Assembly (NCBI GenBank): GCA_963796275.1
Contig: CAWCKY010000006.1
Location: 1,632,001 to 1,696,000 of the forward strand
Direction: 5' to 3'
Source of the DNA: an uncultured Acidobacteriota bacterium
GTDB taxonomy: Bacteria; Acidobacteriota; Blastocatellia; RBC074
Length of the DNA: 64,000 bases
Shown: positions 10,624 to 20,784 of the stretch, one piece after another
How the letters are laid out: every line of letters begins with the position of its first letter
How positions within the stretch are numbered: the stretch's first letter is position 1
The notes under the pieces: model-generated
Databases searched by the model: none
What the model was told of the DNA's origin: nothing
Seen by the model: only the letters and a program-made list of their open reading frames with translations
Made by a program: the position numbers and the translations under genes

Positions 10624-11436
10624 GTGTGGTATATGATGGGTACTATAAGGATATTCCGCGTCATATCTCGCTCGGCAGCATTGATTTTAACGGCCGCAAC
10701 TATCTATCTCCTTTGGGCCATTGGCAACTTTCTGCTCCTGCCGCTTTGGGAGTCCAGGCGGCGATGGCTCATCTTCATGATCAAAACCTGGGCGAAGCTG
10801 GTTGCGAGAATCGTGGGAATGTCGATTGAAGTGAAGGGTGAGCCGCCTCAACCGCCGTTCTTTCTGGTATCGAACCATTTGAGTTATATCGACATCATCG
10901 CTTATGCTGCGCGTCTTGGCAGTCTATTTGTTGCCAAGCGAGAGATCGGCTCATGGCCGTTTATCGGTTGGATCGCGCAGAGTATCGGCACGATCTTTAT
11001 CGATCGAACCAATTTTCAGGACATCCCGCGCGTAATCAGTTTGATCAATAGAAATCTTGATACTGGTTACGGCATCGTCCTCTTCGCCGAGGGGACCAGC
11101 ACGAGAGGCGATAAAGTATTACCATTCAACCCGGCGCTGCTTGAGCCGGCAGCCAGGGGAAACTATCCCGTATCCTATGCCTCTATCAGTTATCGCACGC
11201 CACCGGATGAAAAACCTGCTCACCTTGCTGTTTGTTGGTGGGACAATATCAGTTTCTTATCGCACGCCGGTGCATTGCTCAAAATGCGGAAATTCGATGC
11301 CGTTCTTACCTTCGGCTCTCACGCGATTCAAGCCGATGATCGTAAAACCCTGGCCAGGAGTTTATGGGTCGCCGTGAACAATCAATTTATCCCGGTAGTC
11401 GAACCATCGTCGGTAGATCATAAAAAAGGAGTTTGA
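10624..11436 (+). CDS. Lysophospholipid acyltransferase (PlsC family)
   Basis: NHLSYID (NHxxxxD), FIDR and FAEGT motifs. Confidence 0.9.
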   Translation: MWYMMGTIRIFRVISRSAALILTAATIYLLWAIGNFLLLPLWESRRRWLIFMIKTWAKLVARIVGMSIEVKGEPPQPPFFLVSNHLSYIDIIAYAARLGSLFVAKREIGSWPFIGWIAQSIGTIFIDRTNFQDIPRVISLINRNLDTGYGIVLFAEGTSTRGDKVLPFNPALLEPAARGNYPVSYASISYRTPPDEKPAHLAVCWWDNISFLSHAGALLKMRKFDAVLTFGSHAIQADDRKTLARSLWVAVNNQFIPVVEPSSVDHKKGV

Positions 11437-11644
11437 TCATCTCTCGAGGCCGATCAGAATAGCCGCATGGGATGAGCTATGGCTACAAACCGACTGTCAT
11501 AATACTTTCAGACACTTTCAGCTCGATCTTCGTTGGTTAACCTTTGCCGGAGACCGCTGCAGACGGGCGCGCGAGGAGGCGGATCAATATATTCAACAAG
11601 ATGTTGGGAAAAATAGGGTCGACTATTTATTGATATTGTGCGTT

Positions 11645-12556
11645 ATGCAAATATGGTTATCCAAAGACAGTAATGTTCCGGTACGCGAGCAATTGAAGGC
11701 GCAGATCAAGCTGGCCATTCTCAGCCACGATTTGAAACCGGGCCAGAAACTGCCGAGCACGCGCGAACTCGCGCGGCGTTTCACTATCCATCCCAATACA
11801 GTGAGCGCCGCTTATCGAGAGCTTTCGGGAGAGGGATGGGTTGATCTGCGCGCCGGCAGCGGAATCTATGTCCATACATTCAAATCGGATGCCGCGCTCG
11901 AATCGCAGCATGATCTGGATGGGTTGATAATTGAGTTTTTACGGATAGCGCGGCGCCAAGAGTTTTCACTCTCCGAGATACAATCCCGCATCAAACACTG
12001 GATGAGGTTGCAGCCGCCCGATCATTTTCTGGTAATCGATCCGGATCAGGAATTTCGTGCGATTTTAATCACTGAGCTGAGACAGGCTCTCAACTTTCGT
12101 GTGGAAGGAGCGAGCCTCGCGGACTGCGGCAATCGAGGTACATTGGTCGGCTCGATTCCGGTGGCGCTTTATGGTCAAGCGGAAACGATTACCGCCGTAT
12201 TACCGGATAAATTGTCGTGTCTGTTGATACGCACACGATCGGTCCCGGAGACGCTGAAGGAAGAGAAGATGCCATCGAAAGATGACCTGATTATTATCGT
12301 TTCCCGGTGGCCCGCATTTCTGCAGTACGCTCATTCCATACTGGGCGCGTTCAAAATCGACCCCGATTCTTTGAACTTTCGCGATGCGCGTGAGCCCGAT
12401 TGGCAAAAGGGCTTGCGCGCCGGCACGTTTGTCATAACCGATGCCGCCACCGCAGAACATATACCTTCCGGCGTGCGCGTGCGTGTCTTCCGGATAATCG
12501 CAGAAACATCTCTCGTAGAGTTGCGGCAATACGTCGAGAAGTTTCTGACCCGCTGA
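11645..12556 (+). CDS. GntR-family regulator (YtrA-like HTH) with uncharacterised C-terminal domain
   Basis: LKPGQKLPSTRELA...IHPNTVSAAYRELSGEGWVDLRAGSGIYV. Probable ATG at 11645. Confidence 0.88.
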   Translation: MQIWLSKDSNVPVREQLKAQIKLAILSHDLKPGQKLPSTRELARRFTIHPNTVSAAYRELSGEGWVDLRAGSGIYVHTFKSDAALESQHDLDGLIIEFLRIARRQEFSLSEIQSRIKHWMRLQPPDHFLVIDPDQEFRAILITELRQALNFRVEGASLADCGNRGTLVGSIPVALYGQAETITAVLPDKLSCLLIRTRSVPETLKEEKMPSKDDLIIIVSRWPAFLQYAHSILGAFKIDPDSLNFRDAREPDWQKGLRAGTFVITDAATAEHIPSGVRVRVFRIIAETSLVELRQYVEKFLTR

Positions 12557-12759
12557 GTCGATACGCTGCAGAATGATCTACCTCGCTACTCCGGTTTTTG
12601 CATTTTCTGGTTTCCTATATTTACTTTTTGCCGTGGGTTTCCGAATGTGGCGGTGAAGAAAGTGCCACAATCGCAGGCATTTATCTGGTAAATATTTTGT
12701 TATACATCTTATTGATTAATGCAGTTTGGACATGCCTCGAAATGTGGAAGGAGTGACGA

Positions 12760-15700
12760 ATGGAGTGGTGGATAATTTTTATTTTATTCCTGTTGGCTCT
12801 GGTGACTGTCATCGGACATGGCATCTGGGTGATTTGTCGGTATGTAGTTCGTGGCATCGTAAATCGAGAGAGTGCAAATCCCCCGATCAAATGCCGGGTG
12901 TGCGGTACGACTTTGAGTTTGGGGAGCAATTTTTGCGGTTTTTGCGGAAGAAAACAGGTGACGCACGAGCAGAATTCCCCTGATCTGGATATCTTCATCA
13001 GACAGCTTGATCGCCTACTTTCGCGGGGAAAGATCGATCAGACGACATACGACTCCGTCATGCAGGCGGTCAAAGACGAACAGCCGCGCCCGAGACATGA
13101 GAGAGGGTTGGTTCCGCAGTCTCCCAAAGTGGAAATCACAGACCCGGCTGATTTGCTAGAACGGCCCATCTCAACTGCGCCCACCGATCCAGTGGAAACG
13201 ACGGCTCCAGAAATACCCGATCGTCCAATCACAATCGACCGTCCGCCGGTTCTGGCAGAAAGGTCCCTATCGATCGCAACACCCAATCCTGTGGAAGCAA
13301 CGGCCGCTAAGAAGCCCGATCGCCAACCGTCCCGATCATTCACAGAGGTGCTCGCCACGTTTATGGAAGAGCGCAGCATCATGTGGGGTGAGGTCATCGG
13401 AGGGTTACTGATCGTCGGATTCTCGACAGCGCTCGTTGTCAGATTCTGGGCGCAGATCACAATGTTCCCGTTGCGCCAGTTTTTAGTATTCACCGGCATA
13501 ACTATCGCGTTGTTCGGGCTGGGATTTTATAGCGCGCACCGGTGGAAACTGCCCACGACCAGCCGGGGTGTCTTGATCATTGCGTCACTGCTAGTGCCCC
13601 TCAATTTCCTGGGAATATCAGCCTATTCATCGACTGCGTTTCCCGCGTCGAGATCAATCATCGCCTGTGAACTGGCCGCCCTCGCTCTTTTCCTGTTTCT
13701 CGTCTACCTGGCGGGCCGCGTGATTCTGCCCCGCTGCGAATGGCTCCTGGTGTGCGCAGCGCTCGGCCCTTCGTTCACTATGATGCTGGCGCAACACTGG
13801 ACGGCCACGGATGATGAGATACGGCAGTTGATGCTGTTGGGTGTTTTCCCGCTGGCTTTCTACTGGGTCAGTATGGGCGCGGTCCTGCGCCGGATAAAAA
13901 AGAACGATATTGAAGTCAGTACGGCACATAATTTCATCACGCTGGGAATCGGGATTTTTTCAGCGTCGCTGCCGTTCGCCTTGTTGATCTTCGATAATGC
14001 GAGCTATACCGCAGCTCTGCGGGAATATGCGCCATTGATAGCTTTTTTTGGAGTGCCTGCGATCGCCACAGGCCTTGCGGTCTGGCTCAGATTACCGCCG
14101 GCCGAACTGTCTGGCAGCATGCGAACGCTTGCGACTAGCATAAGTTTCATAGGTGGGCTCATAGCTCTCTCCGCCCTTCCGATCGCCTGGCCGGACCCGG
14201 TTTCGCTTTTGCTTGTAGCGTTGATCAACTGTGGGATCTGCTATGCGCTTGCCTTTGCGTTCAAGCCGCTCAAGTTATTACATTGCCTGGCCATTGCGCA
14301 TCTCCTGTTGGGTTATCTGATAGGTATCAATCTCGCCGTAAAAAATATCCCGCCCCGGGGAGAGGATGGGGCCCGTCTACTCGGATCATTGGCATCACCG
14401 GCGAGCACTTATTCGCTGGTGTTCTTTTTCCTATTCCTGTCGATCGTAGCTGAACTGCTGCTGAAAGCGGGTAGTAGGGAGTCGAAGACCGGAGAAGGAA
14501 TGATAGCGGCAGGAGTTGAGAGGTACTATGCCATCGCTGCCGCGACTGTGGGAGCTATATGCCTGGCGCTCACTACGCTTCACGGGTTCGCTCGCGCCGG
14601 CGATCCGCACCAAACCGCGATGATCTATGCATTCTATTCAATCGCAGCGTTCATCGCCGCGTGGCGAAGGGAGGCTGGGATTGCGGGCTGGATCGGATCC
14701 GGATTGGCGATACTCGCAGTTTTGCAGGCGATGGCCTTCAAATTCGGGGCCGCACTAGCGTCGTATCATCCCGTAAGAAATTCTTTCCTCGTATGTGCAA
14801 GCGTTGCGTCGATCACCGCCATCTTATTGCGAGGCGAACGAGCGCAGCGTTTATATCGCCCGCCTCTCACCGCCAGCGCCCTATTCGCTACGACAGTTGC
14901 CGCCTTTGGTATTCTGTTGGGCGGTTGGATGACAACAACGAGGATGTCAGCCGGTATGTTATGGCTGTCGCTCATCTGGGCCCTCCTGGCCTGTTTCAAT
15001 GGCTGGCCCAAGTTGTTCGCGGCTTTTCAAGCGGCTCTGGCCTTGAGCGTGGTTTTTGGGACGGCTGCGGTGGTCGATCATCGATTCGCATCCACATCGG
15101 CACTTGATCCATTGATGATTCAGGCTCAGGGTATTGCGCTCGCGCTCCTGAGCTTCGCGTGGGTGCTGGTTCGGTTATATCTGCGGAGCGCCGGTTATAA
15201 AAACGAAGCGGGTCATCCCGATACTTCGGTCGCCGCGAAGCTGCTCTATCCGGGTTGGCCCGCGATCGACCGCATCACGATCTTCATCTCAATATTGATG
15301 CTATTCTTTTTGAGCGCCACCGCGTTATTGCCGTTGTCGTATGCGGGCCACTATGCGTTGGATTCGGCGGGGGCTGGCTCGTGGATGCTGGCTTTCGTCT
15401 TGGCGATTGTCCTGTTAGCAGGATTGTGGGTCAGGTTCGAGCAAGTCACCGTATTGGCACTGCTCATTTTATTGTCGTGCGTCACTATGCTGCTGGCGGG
15501 CCGTTGGCTGCCGAACGGTGCGGAAGCGACCGCATTCTCCTGGTTCGCATCGTGCGGCTTCCTGATCGCCTCTCTACCGATACTGTTTCGCAATCAAGTA
15601 TCGCACTTGTGCCTGCATTGCGGCTGGCCGGAGATGAAGGAGCGGTCTGCGGGATTGAAAAGCGCCGCGCGGATATTGTCTCTCATCCTATTCGTTGCGC

Positions 15701-17892
15701 CCGTTTTGCTCTCGACCTTCATTACTTTGGGATGGACGGGATCGAGTCGGGAGGTGCCGGATTTTATCGGGATCGGAACGACAGCCTCGCTCGTCATTCC
15801 GCTTATCGTGATCAGCCTCACATTGATCGCGCACGCCTTGGGAGAGCGCTCTACCGGATACGCGATCTTCTCGAGCGTCATGCTAAACCTGGCTGTAACG
15901 ATGGGGAGTCTTCTCGGTGAAAGCGAGTTCGGGTGGCCGTTGTTAGTACGCATTGTCAATTTGAACATCCTGACGATGTCCGTCACATCGCTCGCCTGGT
16001 TTGCCGCGGTTCGTTTATGGCTCGATCCTGTAACATTTCGCAGAGGCGCGATTCGCCGGGCGCCTCATCAACCCCTTGCTTCGCTCTCGCTCATTTTGTG
16101 CGTCATCGTTGGCGTAATTCATCTTTGCGCCATGATTTTCAATCCGGGTTCACTGAGCGAAGCGGCGTGGTCCGGATGGATTGCCATAACTTCCATACTC
16201 GTATTGATGATTGCATGTCTCTGGGATGGTGAATATAAGTATGCGCTACCGGGACTATTCCTGACCGGCCTGCTGATCATCTGCGCGCTTCTGATCGATC
16301 TCGGTGGCGCGGACCTGAGCATGGCTGGTTCTATATTGCTCGCCTCGTACGGGCTGGCTCTGAGCGTCTTATGGCACAAGCGCAGCGCGTTGGTGGGTTT
16401 CACCGAAATCCTGAATCTGCCGAAAAGAGATCCCGCAACATCCTGGGAATGGCTGATGTCTGCGAATGCGATGATCACACTCTCGCTCATCGTCATCAGC
16501 TTGATAAGCGTCTTCTCTTTCGATGCGCTGACCCATCGTATGGTAGTCGCCACCGCAGCGCTCACGCTCCCCGTCTCAACCGGGCTGCTCGGCGCCGGCG
16601 AGCGGAAAGGGCATCTGATAACGATCTCGGTCAACCTGGGGCTATTGAGCGCGTTGATCTGGAGCTGGGCGTGGATCGAACCGGAAACGGGGGGACGCAA
16701 TTATCTGGTCGCGGTAGCGGCGATGATGACCATCGTGGTCGCGGGGGTCAAGCTTTGGGCTATGCCGTTGTTCATTTCGTATGCGAGCGAATGGCGCGCT
16801 TCATTGCGGCCTGAAATCTCCAGGATAGTCGTGATCGGGCTTATCTCGCTCGCGGCCCTGTTTATCATCGATCTGCGGGACTACTTCATCGCGGGCGAAG
16901 TGATGATGGGCGAGACCGCCGTATTCATCGTGCTGGCGACTTTAATCGTTCTGAGTTTGCTTAGCCTCGCGCTCGCTCTCATACCGGGCGAGGATCCATT
17001 GGGTTTGGACAAACCGGAACTCGAACGGAAGAAGATGGGGTATGTCTATGCTGCAGAGGCCTTCATCGCGATGGGGCTGATGCACGCGCGCATCACGATG
17101 CCGTGGTTGTTCGGAGGGGTATTCCAGCTTTTCTGGCCGCTCATTGTCATGGCGTTGGCATTTAGCGGCGTTGCCCTGGGGGAATTATTTCGCAGGAGAA
17201 AGCTATATGTACTCGCGGAGCCGCTGGCGAGAACGGGAATGATTCTGCCCTTATTGCCGGTCTTCGGTTTCTGGGTTGCGGATTCGCTTGTCCCTTTATC
17301 CGGTTTGTTGCTGTTGGTAGGGTTGTTCTACGGGATACTGTCGGTGATGCGACATTCATTTTTCATCGGACTGCTGGCGGCGGTGGCAGGAAATGGCGGG
17401 GTATGGCATTTCTTCAACGGGATAGATGGATATGGTTTCTATCAACATCCTCAGCTCTGGTTGATACCTGCGGCTCTATCGGTGCTCGCTGCCGCTCGGG
17501 TCAATCGAGATAGCCTGACTCAGGATCAGATGACCGGGATACGGTATGCATCGCTGATGACGATCTACATCTCTTCGACGGCGGATATCTTCATCAATGG
17601 TGTTTATGAAAAGCCGTGGTTATCTGTGTTACTCGCGGCGATATCGGTTTCGGGCGTGATAGCAGGACTGATTTTGCGGGTGCGCGCATTTCTCTTCCTG
17701 GGGACGGGTTTTTTACTGATCGCGGTGCTCACCATGATCTGGACCGCGTCGGTCACTCTGGGCTGGAGCTGGTTGTGGTATGTCACCGGGATCGCCCTCG
17801 GAATTTTTATCATATATTCATTCGCGATGTTTGAACGGAGACGGACGCGGATGTTGAATCTGCTTGACCAATTGAAACAATGGAAAGCATGA
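12760..17892 (+). CDS. Very large polytopic membrane protein with N-terminal zinc ribbon, function unknown
   Basis: 1710 aa, GAAGGAG RBS, CRVC...CGFC, Pro/Thr-rich linker, then dozens of hydrophobic helices to the C-terminus. Confidence 0.8.
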   Translation: MEWWIIFILFLLALVTVIGHGIWVICRYVVRGIVNRESANPPIKCRVCGTTLSLGSNFCGFCGRKQVTHEQNSPDLDIFIRQLDRLLSRGKIDQTTYDSVMQAVKDEQPRPRHERGLVPQSPKVEITDPADLLERPISTAPTDPVETTAPEIPDRPITIDRPPVLAERSLSIATPNPVEATAAKKPDRQPSRSFTEVLATFMEERSIMWGEVIGGLLIVGFSTALVVRFWAQITMFPLRQFLVFTGITIALFGLGFYSAHRWKLPTTSRGVLIIASLLVPLNFLGISAYSSTAFPASRSIIACELAALALFLFLVYLAGRVILPRCEWLLVCAALGPSFTMMLAQHWTATDDEIRQLMLLGVFPLAFYWVSMGAVLRRIKKNDIEVSTAHNFITLGIGIFSASLPFALLIFDNASYTAALREYAPLIAFFGVPAIATGLAVWLRLPPAELSGSMRTLATSISFIGGLIALSALPIAWPDPVSLLLVALINCGICYALAFAFKPLKLLHCLAIAHLLLGYLIGINLAVKNIPPRGEDGARLLGSLASPASTYSLVFFFLFLSIVAELLLKAGSRESKTGEGMIAAGVERYYAIAAATVGAICLALTTLHGFARAGDPHQTAMIYAFYSIAAFIAAWRREAGIAGWIGSGLAILAVLQAMAFKFGAALASYHPVRNSFLVCASVASITAILLRGERAQRLYRPPLTASALFATTVAAFGILLGGWMTTTRMSAGMLWLSLIWALLACFNGWPKLFAAFQAALALSVVFGTAAVVDHRFASTSALDPLMIQAQGIALALLSFAWVLVRLYLRSAGYKNEAGHPDTSVAAKLLYPGWPAIDRITIFISILMLFFLSATALLPLSYAGHYALDSAGAGSWMLAFVLAIVLLAGLWVRFEQVTVLALLILLSCVTMLLAGRWLPNGAEATAFSWFASCGFLIASLPILFRNQVSHLCLHCGWPEMKERSAGLKSAARILSLILFVAPVLLSTFITLGWTGSSREVPDFIGIGTTASLVIPLIVISLTLIAHALGERSTGYAIFSSVMLNLAVTMGSLLGESEFGWPLLVRIVNLNILTMSVTSLAWFAAVRLWLDPVTFRRGAIRRAPHQPLASLSLILCVIVGVIHLCAMIFNPGSLSEAAWSGWIAITSILVLMIACLWDGEYKYALPGLFLTGLLIICALLIDLGGADLSMAGSILLASYGLALSVLWHKRSALVGFTEILNLPKRDPATSWEWLMSANAMITLSLIVISLISVFSFDALTHRMVVATAALTLPVSTGLLGAGERKGHLITISVNLGLLSALIWSWAWIEPETGGRNYLVAVAAMMTIVVAGVKLWAMPLFISYASEWRASLRPEISRIVVIGLISLAALFIIDLRDYFIAGEVMMGETAVFIVLATLIVLSLLSLALALIPGEDPLGLDKPELERKKMGYVYAAEAFIAMGLMHARITMPWLFGGVFQLFWPLIVMALAFSGVALGELFRRRKLYVLAEPLARTGMILPLLPVFGFWVADSLVPLSGLLLLVGLFYGILSVMRHSFFIGLLAAVAGNGGVWHFFNGIDGYGFYQHPQLWLIPAALSVLAAARVNRDSLTQDQMTGIRYASLMTIYISSTADIFINGVYEKPWLSVLLAAISVSGVIAGLILRVRAFLFLGTGFLLIAVLTMIWTASVTLGWSWLWYVTGIALGIFIIYSFAMFERRRTRMLNLLDQLKQWKA

Positions 17893-17959
17893 GGGAGAGA
17901 AGTCCGGAATCTCTAATAGCCGGGGCGATGCGCAGCCCATGGTAAGTGGTAAGCGGGGC

Positions 17960-18325
17960 GTTTAAGCGCCGAAGGCGCGGAATAGAATAGCCAGGGGTGG
18001 AGCGCGTGCCGCGCGTAACCCCTGGTAATCGGCAAGCGAATCGACGCGCCCTGTAAGGGCGCAATAGGCGAATGGCTATTTCGCCCGTTCAGGGCTTGTC
18101 GGTTCTCCTCGATGCTTCCCAGGGGCTGCGCTGCGTTCCACCCCTGGCTATTTTATTTAGGCCCCTTTGGGGCCCTTTCAGGGTTTTGATGCATCGTGGT
18201 GATGTGTTCCAGGGGCAGCGCTTCGCTCACCCCTGGCTGTTTTATTTAGGCTCCTTTGGGCCCTTTCAAAGTTTTGGTGCTTCTTGGTGATGCGTTCCAG
18301 GGTCTGCACTTCGCTCACCCTCTGG
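17960..18325. repeat. Cluster of GC-rich REP-like palindromes including ~2.5 tandem ~89-bp units
   Basis: CCAGGG...CACCCCTGG hairpins start at ~18119, ~18209 and ~18297 with near-identical linkers (TTTTATTTAGGC...CCCTTTCA). Confidence 0.8.
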
Positions 18326-18433
18326 TGTTCGTTTGCGCTCCGTTGGGGCGGAAACCGTAATATCCATCAGAATAAAAGATTGATAAGGATAACGTCTGAG
18401 GTCGCTGGCATCAGACAATAGGAGGGCAGAGTA

Positions 18434-19516
18434 ATGAAGAATATATTTTTGCTGTTGCTTCTGGGGGTATTTCTTCCGGCTTCTGTTTTTCATCTTCAGA
18501 CTTCGGACCTCACAGAAGCGCATTGGATATCGCAGACCAGCCATACGACGGCCAGGTTGCGGGGCGTCAGCGCGGTCAGCGAGCAAGTCGCGTGGGCGAG
18601 CGGGAGCAATGGCACTTTTCTGAGGACCGTCGATGGCGGGACGACATGGCAGTCTGCGATCGTGCCCGGCGCTGAATCCCTCGATTTCCGAGATGTCGAG
18701 GCATTCGACGCAAACACAGCATGCCTGCTCAGCATCGGCGAGGGCGAGAAATCCAAAATCTTCAAAACCACCGATGGCGGCCGTAATTGGAAATTGCAGT
18801 TCTCAAATCGCAATCCGAAAGCATTCTTCGATGCTATGGCATTCTGGGATGCCGATCATGGTATCGCCTTCAGCGATCCGGTCGATGGTCGCTTCCTGAT
18901 CATCAAAACCGATGATGGCGGAAAGACCTGGAGAGAGGTACCGCGTGAAAACATTCCGCCCGCCCTCCCCGACGAGGCCGCATTCGCCGCCAGCGGAACA
19001 TGCATCACGGTGCAGGGGCGAAATAACGTCTGGATAGGGACCGGCGGCGGCGCCGCGCGCGTTTTCAGATCGACCGATGGAGGTATTACCTGGCAGGCGG
19101 CGGCGACGCCCATACCCGGTGGACAACCGTCATCCGGAATTTTTTCAATAGCCTTCAAAGACTCGATGAACGGAGTGATTGTGGGCGGCGATTATAGGAA
19201 GGAGAGCGAAGCGCGTGACAATGTGGCAACCACTACTGATGGCGGCCGCACCTGGAATTTGGTGAAAGGTTCTCTGCCGGGAGGATTCAGGTCGGGCGTC
19301 TTCTACACGCCTGGCGCGGTTGTCGCAGTCGGGCCGTTGGGATCTGACTATTCGTTGGATGGCGGCGCGAATTGGAGGAGCTTCGGGTCAGCTGGTTTTC
19401 ACGCGCTCAGCTTCGCACGATCCGGCGCCGGTTGGGCTGTGGGGGAGGGAGGAAGAGTAGGGAAGTTCGTGGGAGGCCAATCGCAAAACTCACAAAAAAG
19501 AGAGCAAAAAAAGTAA
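18434..19516 (+). CDS. Secreted BNR/Asp-box repeat beta-propeller protein (Ycf48-like)
   Basis: Signal peptide and six T/SxDGGxxW Asp boxes. Confidence 0.85.
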   Translation: MKNIFLLLLLGVFLPASVFHLQTSDLTEAHWISQTSHTTARLRGVSAVSEQVAWASGSNGTFLRTVDGGTTWQSAIVPGAESLDFRDVEAFDANTACLLSIGEGEKSKIFKTTDGGRNWKLQFSNRNPKAFFDAMAFWDADHGIAFSDPVDGRFLIIKTDDGGKTWREVPRENIPPALPDEAAFAASGTCITVQGRNNVWIGTGGGAARVFRSTDGGITWQAAATPIPGGQPSSGIFSIAFKDSMNGVIVGGDYRKESEARDNVATTTDGGRTWNLVKGSLPGGFRSGVFYTPGAVVAVGPLGSDYSLDGGANWRSFGSAGFHALSFARSGAGWAVGEGGRVGKFVGGQSQNSQKREQKK

Positions 19517-19532
19517 TGAGCGGGATGACGCG

Positions 19533-20768
19533 TTATTCCGTTTCTTGCATCCTTTGATCTGTTTTGGCGATTTTTGCGGTTGTTCTTCTCTTCAGAATGA
19601 AAATGATGGCGACCTGCAAAGCGACCGATACCAGGGCACCGAACAAGGGCACTCCGAGACCGATACGCAATTCACCGTAATGTTTGGAGGTCGCACCGAC
19701 GATCCACGGAACGACCGCTGCCCCCAATGCCGCAAGCATGAATAAGACTCCTACCATATTTCTCGCGAACATACCGAAGTGACGAGTGAAGATCGCAAAG
19801 GTGGTCGGGAACACCGGCGCCAGGCCGAGGCCGGTGATAAATGCCCCGGCAGAGAGCGATGCGAGTTCCCGGCTCATCAGAATGAGAGATAACCCGCAAA
19901 CCGCCGCGATCAGACCGGCCAGCACCAATCCTCTATCGCTGAGTAACCTTAACGCCGCGGGCGCCAGGGCCCTGCCCAGCAATAACCCGGCCCAGAAGAG
20001 CGAAGGCGTGATCCCCCAGAATTGCTGAGCCGAACTCCCGAGACGCTGTGTGTAGGATGCGAGCCATCCGCCGACAGAAGTCTCAACACCGACGTAAATG
20101 AAGATCAATATGCCGGTCAGCAAAGCGTATGGGCTTATCCATGAACGCATCGCGGAAACATCGCCCGACTCGGTATGACGATCATTCTGATGTGAGACCG
20201 ATAAATTGCGAGCGAACCCGAGGGCCGATATTGCGAGCAGCAGTGCGAGGCCGAATAGTAGTCCGGGAAATTGGCCATGACGAGCGAAGAAGGAGATCAG
20301 TGGAGGGCAGAGAAGCGCGCCGATGCCCCAGACAAAATTCAGCAAGTTGAGCGCCCCCGCGGACCGTTCGGGATTGAGCTCCGCAATCATCAGGTTGGTA
20401 GCCGGGATAGTGAAACCCAAACCTATTCCGATCGTGAAGATGGCGAAGACACCGCCAACCCATTCGCTGATGCCGAGAATGGCGACGGATATGGAAAGAA
20501 AACCATAGCCCGCGATTAGCAAAGTCGCCATCGACAGCCTCTTGAACAACCAGCCGGAGACGGCAGATCCAATCAAAGCACCGGTGAATTGCGCGAAAAA
20601 AAGCGAGCCCGCCTGAGAATCATTGAGCTGCCATCGAGCGGAGAGCACCGGCAACACAGGCCCGAGAAATGTATTCAGCACGCCGATGAGGAGAAAGCTG
20701 CAATATGTAAGGATAACGACTTGCTTGATACGCTCTGACGAAGAGACGGCCGTATCACTCGTAATCAT
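19533..20768 (-). CDS. MFS sugar transporter (FucP/GlcP-like)
   Basis: About 12 TM helices, LNLLNFVWGIGALLCP, FIYVGVE, LAPVFPT. Confidence 0.88.
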   Translation of the reverse strand: MITSDTAVSSSERIKQVVILTYCSFLLIGVLNTFLGPVLPVLSARWQLNDSQAGSLFFAQFTGALIGSAVSGWLFKRLSMATLLIAGYGFLSISVAILGISEWVGGVFAIFTIGIGLGFTIPATNLMIAELNPERSAGALNLLNFVWGIGALLCPPLISFFARHGQFPGLLFGLALLLAISALGFARNLSVSHQNDRHTESGDVSAMRSWISPYALLTGILIFIYVGVETSVGGWLASYTQRLGSSAQQFWGITPSLFWAGLLLGRALAPAALRLLSDRGLVLAGLIAAVCGLSLILMSRELASLSAGAFITGLGLAPVFPTTFAIFTRHFGMFARNMVGVLFMLAALGAAVVPWIVGATSKHYGELRIGLGVPLFGALVSVALQVAIIFILKRRTTAKIAKTDQRMQETE

Positions 20769-20784
20769 TTGGTTTCTCTATGAC

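Noticed and set aside
18110-18325. Possible CRISPR array
   Set aside because: The linkers are near-identical rather than unique spacers, there are only ~2.5 units, and no cas genes are present.
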